From Candidatus Woesearchaeota archaeon (GTDB taxonomy: Archaea; Nanobdellota; Nanobdellia; Pacearchaeales; UBA284), in contig CAZRGF010000002.1 in NCBI GenBank assembly GCA_964599615.1, positions 15,696 to 79,695 on the forward strand: a DNA stretch of 64,000 nt, read 5' to 3'. Within the stretch, counting starts at the first letter, position 1. Every line of letters starts with the position of its first letter. Below are positions 45,684 to 55,761 of the stretch, piece after piece. Position numbers and translations under genes: made by a program. Under the pieces are notes generated by a model. That model was not told where the DNA came from and ran no database searches. It saw only the letters and a list, made by a program, of their open reading frames with translations.

Positions 45684-45708
45684 TTTTCTTTTTTGACAAA
45701 AAAAATTC

Positions 45709-46134
45709 CTATGGTTCGTAGACACTATCATGCATAGCAAATGGTGCCAAACAGTCTCTAGTCTTTAGAAAGTCAAATAATCCGATTGGTGGATTGATGA
45801 ACCAGAAACTGTAAGTTTCGTATACTTTGTTTTCCCTGAATTCATTTTTTGCCCTTTCTCCAAAGCAGCTATTTACAACCAACTGTGTTTTTTGATTAGT
45901 ACGATAGACTATATTCAGTTCTTCCTCAAAACTGAGGGCATAATCTTTGACACGAAATCTTTTGTCTGCATTTGCTATTAATCCTAAAGAAATTGGGCTT
46001 TTTATTGTTCCAAGAACCATTGCACACTCACTTCCTTCTTGAACATGCAACTCATTTTTTGGAATCTCTGCAGAGAAACTGAGAACGTCGTCAATAGTTG
46101 ATTTTTCAATTTCAACCATGGGTCTTTTTATCAT
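45709..46134 (-). CDS. hypothetical protein
   Basis: 141-aa ORF. GGAGG 8 nt upstream of the ATG. Confidence 0.5.
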   Translation of the reverse strand: MIKRPMVEIEKSTIDDVLSFSAEIPKNELHVQEGSECAMVLGTIKSPISLGLIANADKRFRVKDYALSFEEELNIVYRTNQKTQLVVNSCFGERAKNEFRENKVYETYSFWFINPPIGLFDFLKTRDCLAPFAMHDSVYEP

Positions 46135-46233
46135 TTTTAACCTCCTGTTAGTTTAATTGTGATAATAATATACAGACTTGTAAAAGATAACTATCTTTTT
46201 GTCAGAAAAAACGTAATAGCGTTGTATGGGCTT

Positions 46234-46776
46234 TTATTGATTATGTTTTGCATACTTTAGTATTAAATCTAGCCTCTTTTCTGGTGAGACTGGAGGAATC
46301 GAAACTAATTTGTAGCCGAATTCGCCGTAAACTCTGGCTATTGAATGATGTAATTTTCTTGCTCTTATATCATCTTCTCTTCTAACACTATCATTTTCAT
46401 AAGAAGGAAGTGGTTCTAGTAGAAAAATAATAGAATAGCCTGCATTTTTTGATGCTTGTATGAACTCAGTGGGAATTCGTGCTTCAGATTCAAGATAAAA
46501 TGCAATGGGGTCATGCAATCCCCTGTCTAGAAAAACTTTAGTTTCTCTGGGGATAGCTTGTTCAAGGGATAATTGTCCTTCAAGGACTTTTTTTTGAAAA
46601 GCTCTTTTGTTTTTCCAAGGAAGAACATCTCCGTGAACTTGAAGTTGTTCTGTTATAATCTCTCTTGCAATTTCCTTGCATGTAGGGAAGCCCTCTTTTT
46701 TTAAAAGTTCTATTATTGTTGACTTTCCGACTCCTGGGCCACCAGTTAGGACAAATTTCTTTGATCTTTGTAGCAT
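46234..46776 (-). CDS. P-loop ATPase/kinase-like protein
   Basis: FVLTGGPGVGKST Walker A at the N-terminus. 180 aa. Confidence 0.55.
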   Translation of the reverse strand: MLQRSKKFVLTGGPGVGKSTIIELLKKEGFPTCKEIAREIITEQLQVHGDVLPWKNKRAFQKKVLEGQLSLEQAIPRETKVFLDRGLHDPIAFYLESEARIPTEFIQASKNAGYSIIFLLEPLPSYENDSVRREDDIRARKLHHSIARVYGEFGYKLVSIPPVSPEKRLDLILKYAKHNQ

Positions 46777-46879
46777 AATAACCTACGAGTTGTAAAAAAT
46801 ATCTACTTTTTTGACAAAAAAAATGTAATAGTGTTGTATTTTATAATAAAGCTTAAATATGCTAAATTTTATAGGTTAA

Positions 46880-47749
46880 ATGATTAATACTGAAATAATC
46901 AAAAATATCAATGATTTTGTCTATAGCAAGCCAAGATCTGTTGATGAAATCGCAAAACATATAAACAAAAACTGGCGAACTGCTAATTCTTATGTTGAGA
47001 GAATAGAAAAAGAACAGGGGACAATATCAGTAAAGACTTTTAGGGAAGGGACAAGGGGTGCATTGAAAATTGTTTTCTGGAATAATGTTGAAAGGATACA
47101 TTCTACTAATCTACAGGAGAAACTTTTCAAGAAAATTGAGATTGCAAGAAGAAAATGGGATTTCAGTCCTTCTGAGATTGTACAATATATAAACGAAAAG
47201 AAAAAGAGAATTATCCTGATGAATCAAAAAAAATATAATTCTCCAGAAAACCTCGATGATTTTGTAAGGTTCCTAAGGCAAGCACAAAAACAAATTCTGT
47301 TCTTTTCAGGAAATCTGACTTTTAGCAACCTTTCGTATCATGACAAAAAAATAAAAGAAATCCTGGAAGAACTTGCAAGAAGAAATGTTTCTATAAAAGT
47401 TTTAACAAGGGTGGATTTAGCTGGATTAGATAATATCAAGAATCTGCTTGCAATAAACGAAAGATTGGGAAAGAAGATAATCGAGATAAGACATTGTTAT
47501 CAACCATTAAGAACAACGATTATAGACAATAAAGAAATCAGATTCAAAGAAACATTGAAAAAAGAAGATTATGCCGGGGATGAATTAAAAGAAACAACCC
47601 ATCTTCTTTATGAGGTACATGACAAAGAATGGATTGATTGGCTTCAAAAAGTTTTTTGGAATCTATTTTCAAGTTCAATTTCTGCTGAAGAAAGAATAAA
47701 ACATTTAAAAACTATAGAAAAATATGATTTTTCTAAGCAATTAAGTTAA
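46880..47749 (+). CDS. putative winged-helix regulator with C-terminal PLD-like/TrmB-C-like domain
   Basis: N-terminal PRSVDEIAKHINKNWRTANSYVERIEKE looks like a wHTH. The rest is weakly PLD-fold-like. Low certainty. Confidence 0.35.
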   Translation: MINTEIIKNINDFVYSKPRSVDEIAKHINKNWRTANSYVERIEKEQGTISVKTFREGTRGALKIVFWNNVERIHSTNLQEKLFKKIEIARRKWDFSPSEIVQYINEKKKRIILMNQKKYNSPENLDDFVRFLRQAQKQILFFSGNLTFSNLSYHDKKIKEILEELARRNVSIKVLTRVDLAGLDNIKNLLAINERLGKKIIEIRHCYQPLRTTIIDNKEIRFKETLKKEDYAGDELKETTHLLYEVHDKEWIDWLQKVFWNLFSSSISAEERIKHLKTIEKYDFSKQLS

Positions 47750-47823
47750 GTGTAATTTAAGTCTATAGAAAAGTAAAACTTTTCTAAGCATTCAAACTGA
47801 ATTTGAAGCAATTGAATTAAAAA

Positions 47824-48129
47824 ATGTTTAATGAAAAAAAATGTGGCGACCATTGTTTAGAAAGAATTGCTGGGGCACTAAAGAAAAAAGAAATCCATGT
47901 TGCCTGGGATGAAGACACGAGTTTTGATGAAGTAGTTCATACAATAAACTCGTGTTTTGAAAAAGGTTCTGCAGAACATAGGGAATTATTTCAGATTGCT
48001 TTTATGAGGGATGATCTTAAGAGAAGAGATTTAGAATATTCTGAAGATAATTTAAGGAGATTAATTGAAGATTCAGAATATCAAAAGAGATTTCATGAAG
48101 AATATGACCGAAGATATGGGGAATCTTAA
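47824..48129 (+). CDS. hypothetical protein
   Basis: 101-aa ORF, no motif. Confidence 0.4.
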   Translation: MFNEKKCGDHCLERIAGALKKKEIHVAWDEDTSFDEVVHTINSCFEKGSAEHRELFQIAFMRDDLKRRDLEYSEDNLRRLIEDSEYQKRFHEEYDRRYGES

Positions 48130-48162
48130 AAATACAATTTTATGCTTTATGCATGCAAAAAA

Positions 48163-48792
48163 TTAATGGATATATGCTCTAAATCTCACATGTTCTTCGT
48201 CTAAACCAAGTTTTTTAGAAAATTCAAGTGCTTTTTGTTTGTTTAAATCAGGGAATAGAATAAAACTCACATAAGGCTCAATTTTCTCTTTTAAACATGT
48301 TTTTATGAAATCTAAAACAGAATCAAATGCTTTTTCCGGATTTTTTGGATTATGTAATTTATTATACTCTTGCTTTGAAAAAGCATTTAATGATATAGAA
48401 ATGACGTCTAAGCCAGCTTTTTTCAGTTCTTGAGCGACATTTTTTTTAGGATTGTAAAATTGAGCTTGTCCATTTGTGTTTAATCTTATTTCTGCTTTAG
48501 ATATCTTCTTAATAAATTTGATAATCTTCAGGATATAATCTAGATGAATAGTTGGTTCTCCTAAACCACAAAAAACAACCATCTTTGGATTGTGTTTAAT
48601 TAATTCTTGTTCTACTTGACTGAGAATTTCGTTTATTTCTGGTTTTTTATCAAGATAAAGCGTGTTTTCTGTTGTTCTTTGCAATTTTTCTTTGTCACAA
48701 AAAACACAATTATTAGTGCATCTATATTTCTCGACGATATTTAAATAAAGTATTTTTTTATTACTTTTTATATAATATGTTATTTTCCCCAT
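48163..48792 (-). CDS. radical SAM protein
   Basis: CTNNCVFC (CX3CX2C) near the N-terminus, TIM-barrel-size protein (209 aa). Confidence 0.7.
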   Translation of the reverse strand: MGKITYYIKSNKKILYLNIVEKYRCTNNCVFCDKEKLQRTTENTLYLDKKPEINEILSQVEQELIKHNPKMVVFCGLGEPTIHLDYILKIIKFIKKISKAEIRLNTNGQAQFYNPKKNVAQELKKAGLDVISISLNAFSKQEYNKLHNPKNPEKAFDSVLDFIKTCLKEKIEPYVSFILFPDLNKQKALEFSKKLGLDEEHVRFRAYIH

Positions 48793-48833
48793 TTTTTTTC
48801 TAAATGATTTTTACAATTTAAATTTAATCGGGC

Positions 48834-49295
48834 TTATGGGCCATCATCTAGAACATGGGCAGAGACATACTGAATGCTTTTTTTGTCTAATAAAAAACCA
48901 TATACCCTAAAGAGCTTATAAATTTCCTGTGTAAGCCCGACCTCTGGATCTACCGTCCCCGATTTATGATATGAGCCATCAGAATCATGTCCTTTTTTTC
49001 TATAAGTCGCTTTTCCAATCTTTAAATCGTTTAAATTTTGTGTCAAAGAATATGCTTCTTGGTCTTGTTCAGGCGCTCCAATTGGATTAACAATTTGAAC
49101 AATGCAATCTGTTCCCTTTTCTTCTATTTTTATGTAATCTAAGATTCTTAATACTGTTTCGCGCTCGCATTGATTTAATTTATCGGCTAGACCTTTTATT
49201 TTATGTTTGAGTTCTCTTGCGATATCACAAACTGAAGAAAAACCGCCTGTGGGAGTCATACCTGAAGTATCAACTTGACTTGGATCAAAGGTCAT
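48834..49295 (-). CDS. hypothetical protein
   Basis: 153-aa ORF, no motif. Confidence 0.5.
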   Translation of the reverse strand: MTFDPSQVDTSGMTPTGGFSSVCDIARELKHKIKGLADKLNQCERETVLRILDYIKIEEKGTDCIVQIVNPIGAPEQDQEAYSLTQNLNDLKIGKATYRKKGHDSDGSYHKSGTVDPEVGLTQEIYKLFRVYGFLLDKKSIQYVSAHVLDDGP

Positions 49296-49347
49296 TTTAT
49301 TACTATTAGGCCCAAGTTTTTAAGCTTTGTTGTGATGATTAGACTTT

Positions 49348-50778
49348 TTAGTCAAAATTTTTTACCATATAACTTTCTTTTAATTTGTAACCTAGATTCT
49401 TGTAATATTCTCTTACACCAACACCTGAGATGACTTTTATTTCTTTACAATTTTTTTGTTTTGCTATTTTTTCTGCTTCTTCCATTAGTTGTTTTCCCAA
49501 TCCAGTGTGTTGTGTTTTGCCTTGTTCTCTTTTTCCTAATTCTAATGCTGAACCATAAACATGCAATTCACGAACTAGAAGGATTTTTTCATTATGGTTA
49601 ATTCTTAATCTTATCAGGCCAAATATTATATCGTCATCATTTATCATTTCTATAAAATATTCTGCGCCTTTTGATGATTCATATTCCATAGTATTAAGGT
49701 GCAAGTTGTTGTTAATCTGTTTTTTATCTCGTAAAGCAAATCCTATTTCACGACATCTGATGCAGTTGCATTTTTGCCCTTGTTTTTTCATTTCTTCTTG
49801 TATCATTTTCCTCAGATCAATTCTCTTTGTACCTGCAATCATATATTCTGGAGGGATTTCTCGCATTATTCTCATTATCCTGCAATATTTTGGAACAAAT
49901 TTCTTGAAATGCGATATAAGTGTAATTAGTTGTCTTTCGTTGTATGGGGTGTATTTCCCAGAGTAGTATAATTTTTCAAGTGCAGCGCCCTTTATGACTT
50001 GACAGGGATAGATTTTCAGTTGATCTGGTCTAAAATCGGGGTCTTTGAATATCTTTTCAAACATCTCAATATCTTTTGATTGGTTTGAGAATGGCAAACC
50101 CGGCATTATATGATAACCTACTTTAAAACCTGCATCTTTCAATCTTTTAGTTGCTTGGATAACATCTTGAACAGTATGTTTTCTTTTGATTTTTTTATAA
50201 ATTCCATCATCTAATGCTTGAACTCCTAATTCAACTCGGGTGCATCCAAATTCTAGCATTCTTTTTATCAAACTTGGAGTACAAACATCTGGTCGAGTTT
50301 CTATGCAAAGAGCGATGCATCTATGTTCTGCTGTTTCATTAAGTTTTTTTGCTTTAGCAAGTTGTTTTTTGAGGTTTGACATGGATAAGTGTTTGGTGTG
50401 TGTATAATTAAGGTTTATTTTTTTTCTGGGTTTTGTTAATGATAAAGAATTCATAGCATTATAGCAATCAATTATGAATTGATATTGATACTTTGTAGAA
50501 CAAGAAAGAAAAGTCCCACCAAGGATAATTAGCTCTATCTTGTCAGTCGGATGTTTCATTGCCTTGAATGATTCTATTCTAGCTTGAACTTGCTTCAAAG
50601 CATCGTAATTCAAACACATTGCCCTCATAATTGCTGGACTTCTTGGAGTGTAGGATTGGGGAACATTCAAGCTTGGGCAGTATAAACAAGTTCCATGCTT
50701 GCAAGGCATTGGTTTGATTACTACTGCTATTGGAGTAACTCCTGAAATTGTTTTAGTTGGTTTGCGCATAACTTTCAA
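49348..50778 (-). CDS. elp3: Elp3-type radical SAM / GNAT tRNA-modification enzyme
   Basis: RKPTKTISGVTPIAVVIKPMPCKHGTCLYCP..PQSYT..ELIILGGTF, then a C-terminal GNAT region (VRELHVYG..HTGLGKQLM). Confidence 0.85.
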   Translation of the reverse strand: MKVMRKPTKTISGVTPIAVVIKPMPCKHGTCLYCPSLNVPQSYTPRSPAIMRAMCLNYDALKQVQARIESFKAMKHPTDKIELIILGGTFLSCSTKYQYQFIIDCYNAMNSLSLTKPRKKINLNYTHTKHLSMSNLKKQLAKAKKLNETAEHRCIALCIETRPDVCTPSLIKRMLEFGCTRVELGVQALDDGIYKKIKRKHTVQDVIQATKRLKDAGFKVGYHIMPGLPFSNQSKDIEMFEKIFKDPDFRPDQLKIYPCQVIKGAALEKLYYSGKYTPYNERQLITLISHFKKFVPKYCRIMRIMREIPPEYMIAGTKRIDLRKMIQEEMKKQGQKCNCIRCREIGFALRDKKQINNNLHLNTMEYESSKGAEYFIEMINDDDIIFGLIRLRINHNEKILLVRELHVYGSALELGKREQGKTQHTGLGKQLMEEAEKIAKQKNCKEIKVISGVGVREYYKNLGYKLKESYMVKNFD

Positions 50779-50823
50779 AGAAATATCAGGTTAAAAATCA
50801 TTGGTATTTTAACCTATAACTTA

Positions 50824-51075
50824 TTAATGGAGTAGCTTTTGTAATTTTGGTTGTAATTCTTCATAACGACAACCTAATTCTTGTCTTAATCTCTCAATAC
50901 ATTCAGAGATCTTTTCACCCTTTTTACCATATCTCATGGCATATGCAGTAGCTTCTGGTTGACAATCTGCAGTATTAGGTATTTTTAAGTATTCTATTGC
51001 AATTGCTCTTTCTCCTTTGCTCAATTTACCAACAAAGCGATTTATTTTCTTTTCTTCAGGACTTCTTTTTTTCAT
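50824..51075 (-). CDS. hypothetical protein
   Basis: 83-aa ORF, no motif. Confidence 0.4.
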   Translation of the reverse strand: MKKRSPEEKKINRFVGKLSKGERAIAIEYLKIPNTADCQPEATAYAMRYGKKGEKISECIERLRQELGCRYEELQPKLQKLLH

Positions 51076-51151
51076 TTTAATCTAATTTTTATAAGTGAGG
51101 CGTATTTATAAAACTTATCTTTATTGTTTTTTTAAACCAAAATTCGTTAGA

Positions 51152-51159
51152 TTTATAAG
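51152..51159 (+). promoter_or_regulatory. TATA-box-like element TTTATAAG
   Basis: 21 nt upstream of the ATG at 51181. Confidence 0.45.
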
Positions 51160-51180
51160 TAAAGTATTTTTTTAAGTCTA

Positions 51181-52137
51181 ATGGACAAAAGAATTCTAGT
51201 TATTGGAGCAGCTGGACAGATTGGTTCTGAACTTGTTCCTGAATTAAGAAAATTATATGGAAAAGATAATGTCGTAGCTTGTATGCATTCTAAGAAACTT
51301 TGTTATGAACTAGAAGACGGACCTTCTGCTTGCGTAGATGTCACGAAAAAAGAAGAAATTGAATCAGCTATCAAAAAGTATCAAATTAATGAGATTTATC
51401 ATCTTGCTGCCATGTTATCAGCTACTGGGGAGCAAGACCCAATGAAAGCATGGGATATTAATATGAACAGCCTGATACATGTTCTTGAAGTTGCTAAAGA
51501 GTATAAAGAAAATGGGCATAATATTAGGATATTTTGGCCTAGTTCAATTGCTGTTTTTGGACCAACAACACCTAAGAAAGCGCCACAAGAAACGATTCTT
51601 GAACCTAGTACAATGTATGGAATTACAAAAGTTGCTGGTGAGCTTCTTTGTTCTTATTACAAGAATAAATTTGGAGTTGATGCCAGAGGATTAAGGTTTC
51701 CCGGGATTATTAGCTATAAAACCTTGCCTGGTGGTGGAACCACGGATTATGCTGTTGCCATATTCTATGAAGCAATCAAGAACAAAAAATATGATTGTTT
51801 TGTCTGTGAAGGCACTAGACTTCCCATGATGTATATGCCTGATTGCATCAAGTCGATAATTATGCTAATGGACGCTCCTTTAGAGAACTTGAAACATGTT
51901 TGTTATAATGTGGCTGCAATGAGTTTTTCAGCTAAAGAACTTTATCTGGAGATAAAAAGATATATACCCGACTTTGTTTGTGAGAACAATCCTGATTTTA
52001 GACAAAAAATAGCTGATTCTTGGCCGCAAGAGCTTGATGATTCTGTTGCAAGAAAAGAATGGTCCTGGAAACCGGATTATGATTTAAGTAGAATGACAAA
52101 AGAGATGTTTGAAAAGATTTCTGAAAAATTACAATAA
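51181..52137 (+). CDS. NAD-dependent epimerase/dehydratase family protein (short-chain L-threonine 3-dehydrogenase-like)
   Basis: ILVIGAAGQIGSELVPELRKLYG Rossmann motif and YGITKVAGE (YxxxK). TTTATAAG 22 nt upstream. Confidence 0.75.
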   Translation: MDKRILVIGAAGQIGSELVPELRKLYGKDNVVACMHSKKLCYELEDGPSACVDVTKKEEIESAIKKYQINEIYHLAAMLSATGEQDPMKAWDINMNSLIHVLEVAKEYKENGHNIRIFWPSSIAVFGPTTPKKAPQETILEPSTMYGITKVAGELLCSYYKNKFGVDARGLRFPGIISYKTLPGGGTTDYAVAIFYEAIKNKKYDCFVCEGTRLPMMYMPDCIKSIIMLMDAPLENLKHVCYNVAAMSFSAKELYLEIKRYIPDFVCENNPDFRQKIADSWPQELDDSVARKEWSWKPDYDLSRMTKEMFEKISEKLQ

Positions 52138-52220
52138 AGTTATCATAAAAAGACCTTGCACATTTGAACAAAACAAGGAAAGATATTTAAATTACTTCTT
52201 ATATTAACTATTATCAGAAG

Positions 52221-52727
52221 ATGGTGAAAACAAAAGAACTTCGAATTTTGATAAAACCCCTAATTTTTTCAGTGGTTGTTGTCTTAATATGGTATTTTAT
52301 TAATTATTTATTTGGCTCGAGTTTCTTTTTATCTAATTTAAAACTAGATGAGGGAATTATGGCCAGTGGTACAATAGCTATCCTGGGCATATTCTACGCA
52401 CTATTGACTGCTTTTGTTTTCACAACAGTTTGGCAGCAGTGGGTTGCTATTGAAGAATCGATTAAAACAAAGAATAAGGAAGAATTTATAAAACATAAAG
52501 ACAAAAGAATTCCCTTTACAGTAAAGTTACTTGTTTTTTTATTTTCTGTATTTTTGATTTTGGCTTTTTTTCTTATATCTTTTAAAAACATTATTACAGG
52601 TGTTTTTTCAATATTTGTAATTTCTTTTATTCTGTTTATATACTGGCAAGTTATTCTTGATCTTGACGATCCATTTACTGGAATTTGGAATGTAAATGTT
52701 CCAAAAGAATGGCAAAGTCTGGTTTAA
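52221..52727 (+). CDS. hypothetical membrane protein
   Basis: Four predicted hydrophobic helices. 168 aa. Confidence 0.5.
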   Translation: MVKTKELRILIKPLIFSVVVVLIWYFINYLFGSSFFLSNLKLDEGIMASGTIAILGIFYALLTAFVFTTVWQQWVAIEESIKTKNKEEFIKHKDKRIPFTVKLLVFLFSVFLILAFFLISFKNIITGVFSIFVISFILFIYWQVILDLDDPFTGIWNVNVPKEWQSLV

Positions 52728-52732
52728 TAATC

Positions 52733-53374
52733 ATGGATAAGAAAAAAATTCCAAACCAAGAAAAAGTCTGGGATGCTGTTGCTAGTGATTGGAGAAAATT
52801 CAGAGTAGCCCCTGTTAAAGAAGTAATTGATTTTTTGAAAGATAAACAAGGAAATATCTTAGATCTTTCTTGCGGAAGCGGCAGAAACTTCTGTAAAGTC
52901 AATGGAACTCTCTATGGGATTGATTTCTCGAAACAACAGCTAAAATATGCTGAAGATTATGCTAAAGAAAAGGGGTTTAATGTTATTCTAAAAAAAGCAG
53001 GAGCTGAAAAACTGCCCTTTGAAGATAATTTCTTTGATGCTTGTATCTTTATTGCAAGTCTGCATTGTATTGAAGATGAAAAGAAAAGAAAACAGGCTTT
53101 AGAAGAGACTTATAGGGTTTTGAAACCAAATGCGGGTTTATTACTGACTGTTTGGGACAAGAATCAAGCAAGATTTAGAAAAGAAAAAAAAGATTTTTTA
53201 TTATCTTGGACAGTTGATGGGCCAAGAAGAATAAGATATTATTATCTTTACGAAAAAGACGAGTTAAAAAAACTTGTTGAAAGTGTTGGATTTAAAATTG
53301 AAAAGATATTTGACAATACCCAACCAGATGGCCTTACTTCTAAAAGGAATATAGTTGTTTATGTTCGAAAATGA
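52733..53374 (+). CDS. class I SAM-dependent methyltransferase
   Basis: ILDLSCGSGRNF motif I, FDACIFIASLHC motif. ATG at 52733 preferred over the track start at 52685, which overlaps the upstream gene. Confidence 0.75.
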   Translation: MDKKKIPNQEKVWDAVASDWRKFRVAPVKEVIDFLKDKQGNILDLSCGSGRNFCKVNGTLYGIDFSKQQLKYAEDYAKEKGFNVILKKAGAEKLPFEDNFFDACIFIASLHCIEDEKKRKQALEETYRVLKPNAGLLLTVWDKNQARFRKEKKDFLLSWTVDGPRRIRYYYLYEKDELKKLVESVGFKIEKIFDNTQPDGLTSKRNIVVYVRK

Positions 53375-53428
53375 AGAATTGAATTCTACAACATAAATGC
53401 TTAAAAATCAATAAAATATGTCTTAATC

Positions 53429-54160
53429 ATGAGAAATAAATTGCAGATCTGCGGGAATATAATCGCAAGCAGTCCTGATGAATTAACTGAAAGAGTTCAG
53501 GTTTTAGAATCATGCCCGCATATAGACATTGTGCATCTTGATGTGATGGATGGCTTATTTGTTAGAAATAAATCCTTAGATTTTTTAGAAGATTATTTCA
53601 AACTTCCAGAACTTAAGAAGCAAAAAAAGTACCATCTGCATTTAATGGTTCATCAACCAAGGGATTGGATCAGTGATATGATGTCCCTTAATCCTAACTT
53701 TATACATTCAATTGATACTTTTATTATTCATTACGAATCAGCTGACATCAAAGATCTTAGAGAAGCGCTTATGTCCGCTAGTTGGTTTGGAAAAGCAGGA
53801 TTAGCTATTAATCCTAAAACCCCGGTTAGTGAAATCAATTATCTTATTACTTTTCCTTATAAAAAAAGACCTTTGGTTAGTTCAGTTTGTGTTCTGGGAG
53901 TTGAACCTGGTCAGTATAACGCTCTCTATGACCCGTCCACTTTAAAAAAAGCAGAAGAAATCAGAAAAATAAGAGACTCTATTTGCCCTATTGATGTGAT
54001 TGCAGATGGTGCAGTCAACGATAAGTCTTCTAAAAAACTTTATGATGCGGGTTATAATATACTTGCTTCTGGTTCTTATGTTATGAAAAATCCAGATAAA
54101 CTTGAACCAGATGAAGCTGCTAGGATTATGAGAGAAAATATTACAAGAAGATCTTTGTGA
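53429..54160 (+). CDS. rpe: ribulose-phosphate 3-epimerase-like TIM-barrel protein
   Basis: IVHLDVMDGLFVRN and ADGAVN resemble Rpe motifs. Otherwise divergent. Confidence 0.55.
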   Translation: MRNKLQICGNIIASSPDELTERVQVLESCPHIDIVHLDVMDGLFVRNKSLDFLEDYFKLPELKKQKKYHLHLMVHQPRDWISDMMSLNPNFIHSIDTFIIHYESADIKDLREALMSASWFGKAGLAINPKTPVSEINYLITFPYKKRPLVSSVCVLGVEPGQYNALYDPSTLKKAEEIRKIRDSICPIDVIADGAVNDKSSKKLYDAGYNILASGSYVMKNPDKLEPDEAARIMRENITRRSL

Positions 54161-54253
54161 AAATCTTTAAAAAATTGTTCTACTACTTTTTTCTAGGGAA
54201 TCAGAAGATTTTCTGCATGCTAAAACCCCTAAGTTTTTAACATTAAGAAATAA

Positions 54254-54574
54254 TTAGACTGTATTAACAAATGCATGCACTTCTAAGGTTCTTCTTGAGT
54301 GTGTGCCATTATCAGTATGAGAAATTCTTGCTCTATGCAATACACGTTCCCCCATCCTCCTTATTACATAAATACCTATTGCATCTTTAGGAAAAGTCAT
54401 TAATAAGTCTAATGCGCCCCTTACAGTTCCTTTCCAGGATTCTTGTTTTGAATGTTCGTAGCTAGGTTGGTGGCCATATTCACTTACTACTGCAGGCGTT
54501 TCTTCACCCAAAGAACGCAGTTTAGCAATAATCTCTTTTCTTAATATGCGGGGGTAATGTTCTGGCATTGCCAT
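54254..54574 (-). CDS. hypothetical protein
   Basis: 106-aa ORF, no motif. Confidence 0.45.
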   Translation of the reverse strand: MAMPEHYPRILRKEIIAKLRSLGEETPAVVSEYGHQPSYEHSKQESWKGTVRGALDLLMTFPKDAIGIYVIRRMGERVLHRARISHTDNGTHSRRTLEVHAFVNTV

Positions 54575-54750
54575 TTTTAATTTAGTTCTTATTTAAATTT
54601 AAATTATTTAATTAATATAACAAAAAAAGATAGAAAAACATCTTTTTCAGATGATTATTCTATTTTTACCCTGCTTTTCTAGACTTATGAAGAAAAGATG
54701 GTTTAAAAACTTTTTGAAAATCTTTAAAAATGCGGCTTGGTTAAGTATTC

Positions 54751-55761
54751 ATGGCCAAACTTACAAGAAAAGAATTGATTAGTCAGTACTTGAATTTCTT
54801 TAAATTAAAGAAACATTCTGTATTGCCAAATGCAAGCTTGATTCCTGAAAATGATCCAACTGTTCTGTTTACTACCGCTGGAATGCATCCCCTTGTTCCT
54901 TTTATTTTGGGGCAGAAACATCCACAAGGAAACAGGCTTGTAAATGTACAAAGATGTATAAGAACAGGGGATATAGACGAAGTCGGAGATGCTTTTCATC
55001 ATACTTTTTTTGAGATGTTAGGAAACTGGAGTTTAGGAGATTATTGGAAAACAGAAGCTGTAGAAATGAGCTTTGATTTTTTGACCCAAGTTTTAAAACT
55101 TCAAAAAGAGAAATTAAGCGTAACTTGTTTTAAAGGAGATGGGGATGCTCCCAAAGATGAAGAATCTTCTGAAGCATGGAAAAATTTGGGAATTTCAGAA
55201 GATAAAATTGTTTTTCTTGGAAAAGAAGATAATTTTTGGGGACCTGCTGGAAAAACAGGGCCATGCGGACCATGTTCTGAGATGTTCTACTTTGTAGGAA
55301 CAGGAAAACCTTCTGAAAGTTCAAATCCAGAAACAAAAGAAAAAGAATGGTGCGAAATCTGGAATGATGTTTTTATGGGATATAATAAGACGAGTGGGGG
55401 AAATTTAGAACAGATGAAAAGAAAAGTTATTGATACTGGGATGGGTGTTGAAAGAACTCTCTGTGTTTTGAATAATCAAAAAGATGATTATCTTGGAGAG
55501 ACTTTTGTTGAGGTCATAAACGAAATCTGTTACTTAAGCCAGAAAAGATATGGACTCAATCAAGACCATACGAGGGCAATGAGAATAATAGCAGACCATA
55601 TCAAAGCAAGTGTCTTTATCTTGAATGAGAGCATAACTCCTGGAAATGTTGAGCAAGGGTATGTCTTAAGAAGATTAATAAGAAGAGCAATTAAATTTGT
55701 CAGATTCTTAAATGTTGAAAAAAATTTCTGCAAAAGATTAGCTAAACTCTTTGTGAATTAA
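54751..55761 (+). CDS. alaS: alanyl-tRNA synthetase, N-terminal segment ending at in-frame TAA (55759-55761)
   Basis: FFKLKKHSVLPNASLIPENDPTVLFTTAGM..QRCIRTGDIDEVGDAFHHTFFEMLGNWSLGDYWK class II AlaRS catalytic core. Confidence 0.9.
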   Translation: MAKLTRKELISQYLNFFKLKKHSVLPNASLIPENDPTVLFTTAGMHPLVPFILGQKHPQGNRLVNVQRCIRTGDIDEVGDAFHHTFFEMLGNWSLGDYWKTEAVEMSFDFLTQVLKLQKEKLSVTCFKGDGDAPKDEESSEAWKNLGISEDKIVFLGKEDNFWGPAGKTGPCGPCSEMFYFVGTGKPSESSNPETKEKEWCEIWNDVFMGYNKTSGGNLEQMKRKVIDTGMGVERTLCVLNNQKDDYLGETFVEVINEICYLSQKRYGLNQDHTRAMRIIADHIKASVFILNESITPGNVEQGYVLRRLIRRAIKFVRFLNVEKNFCKRLAKLFVN

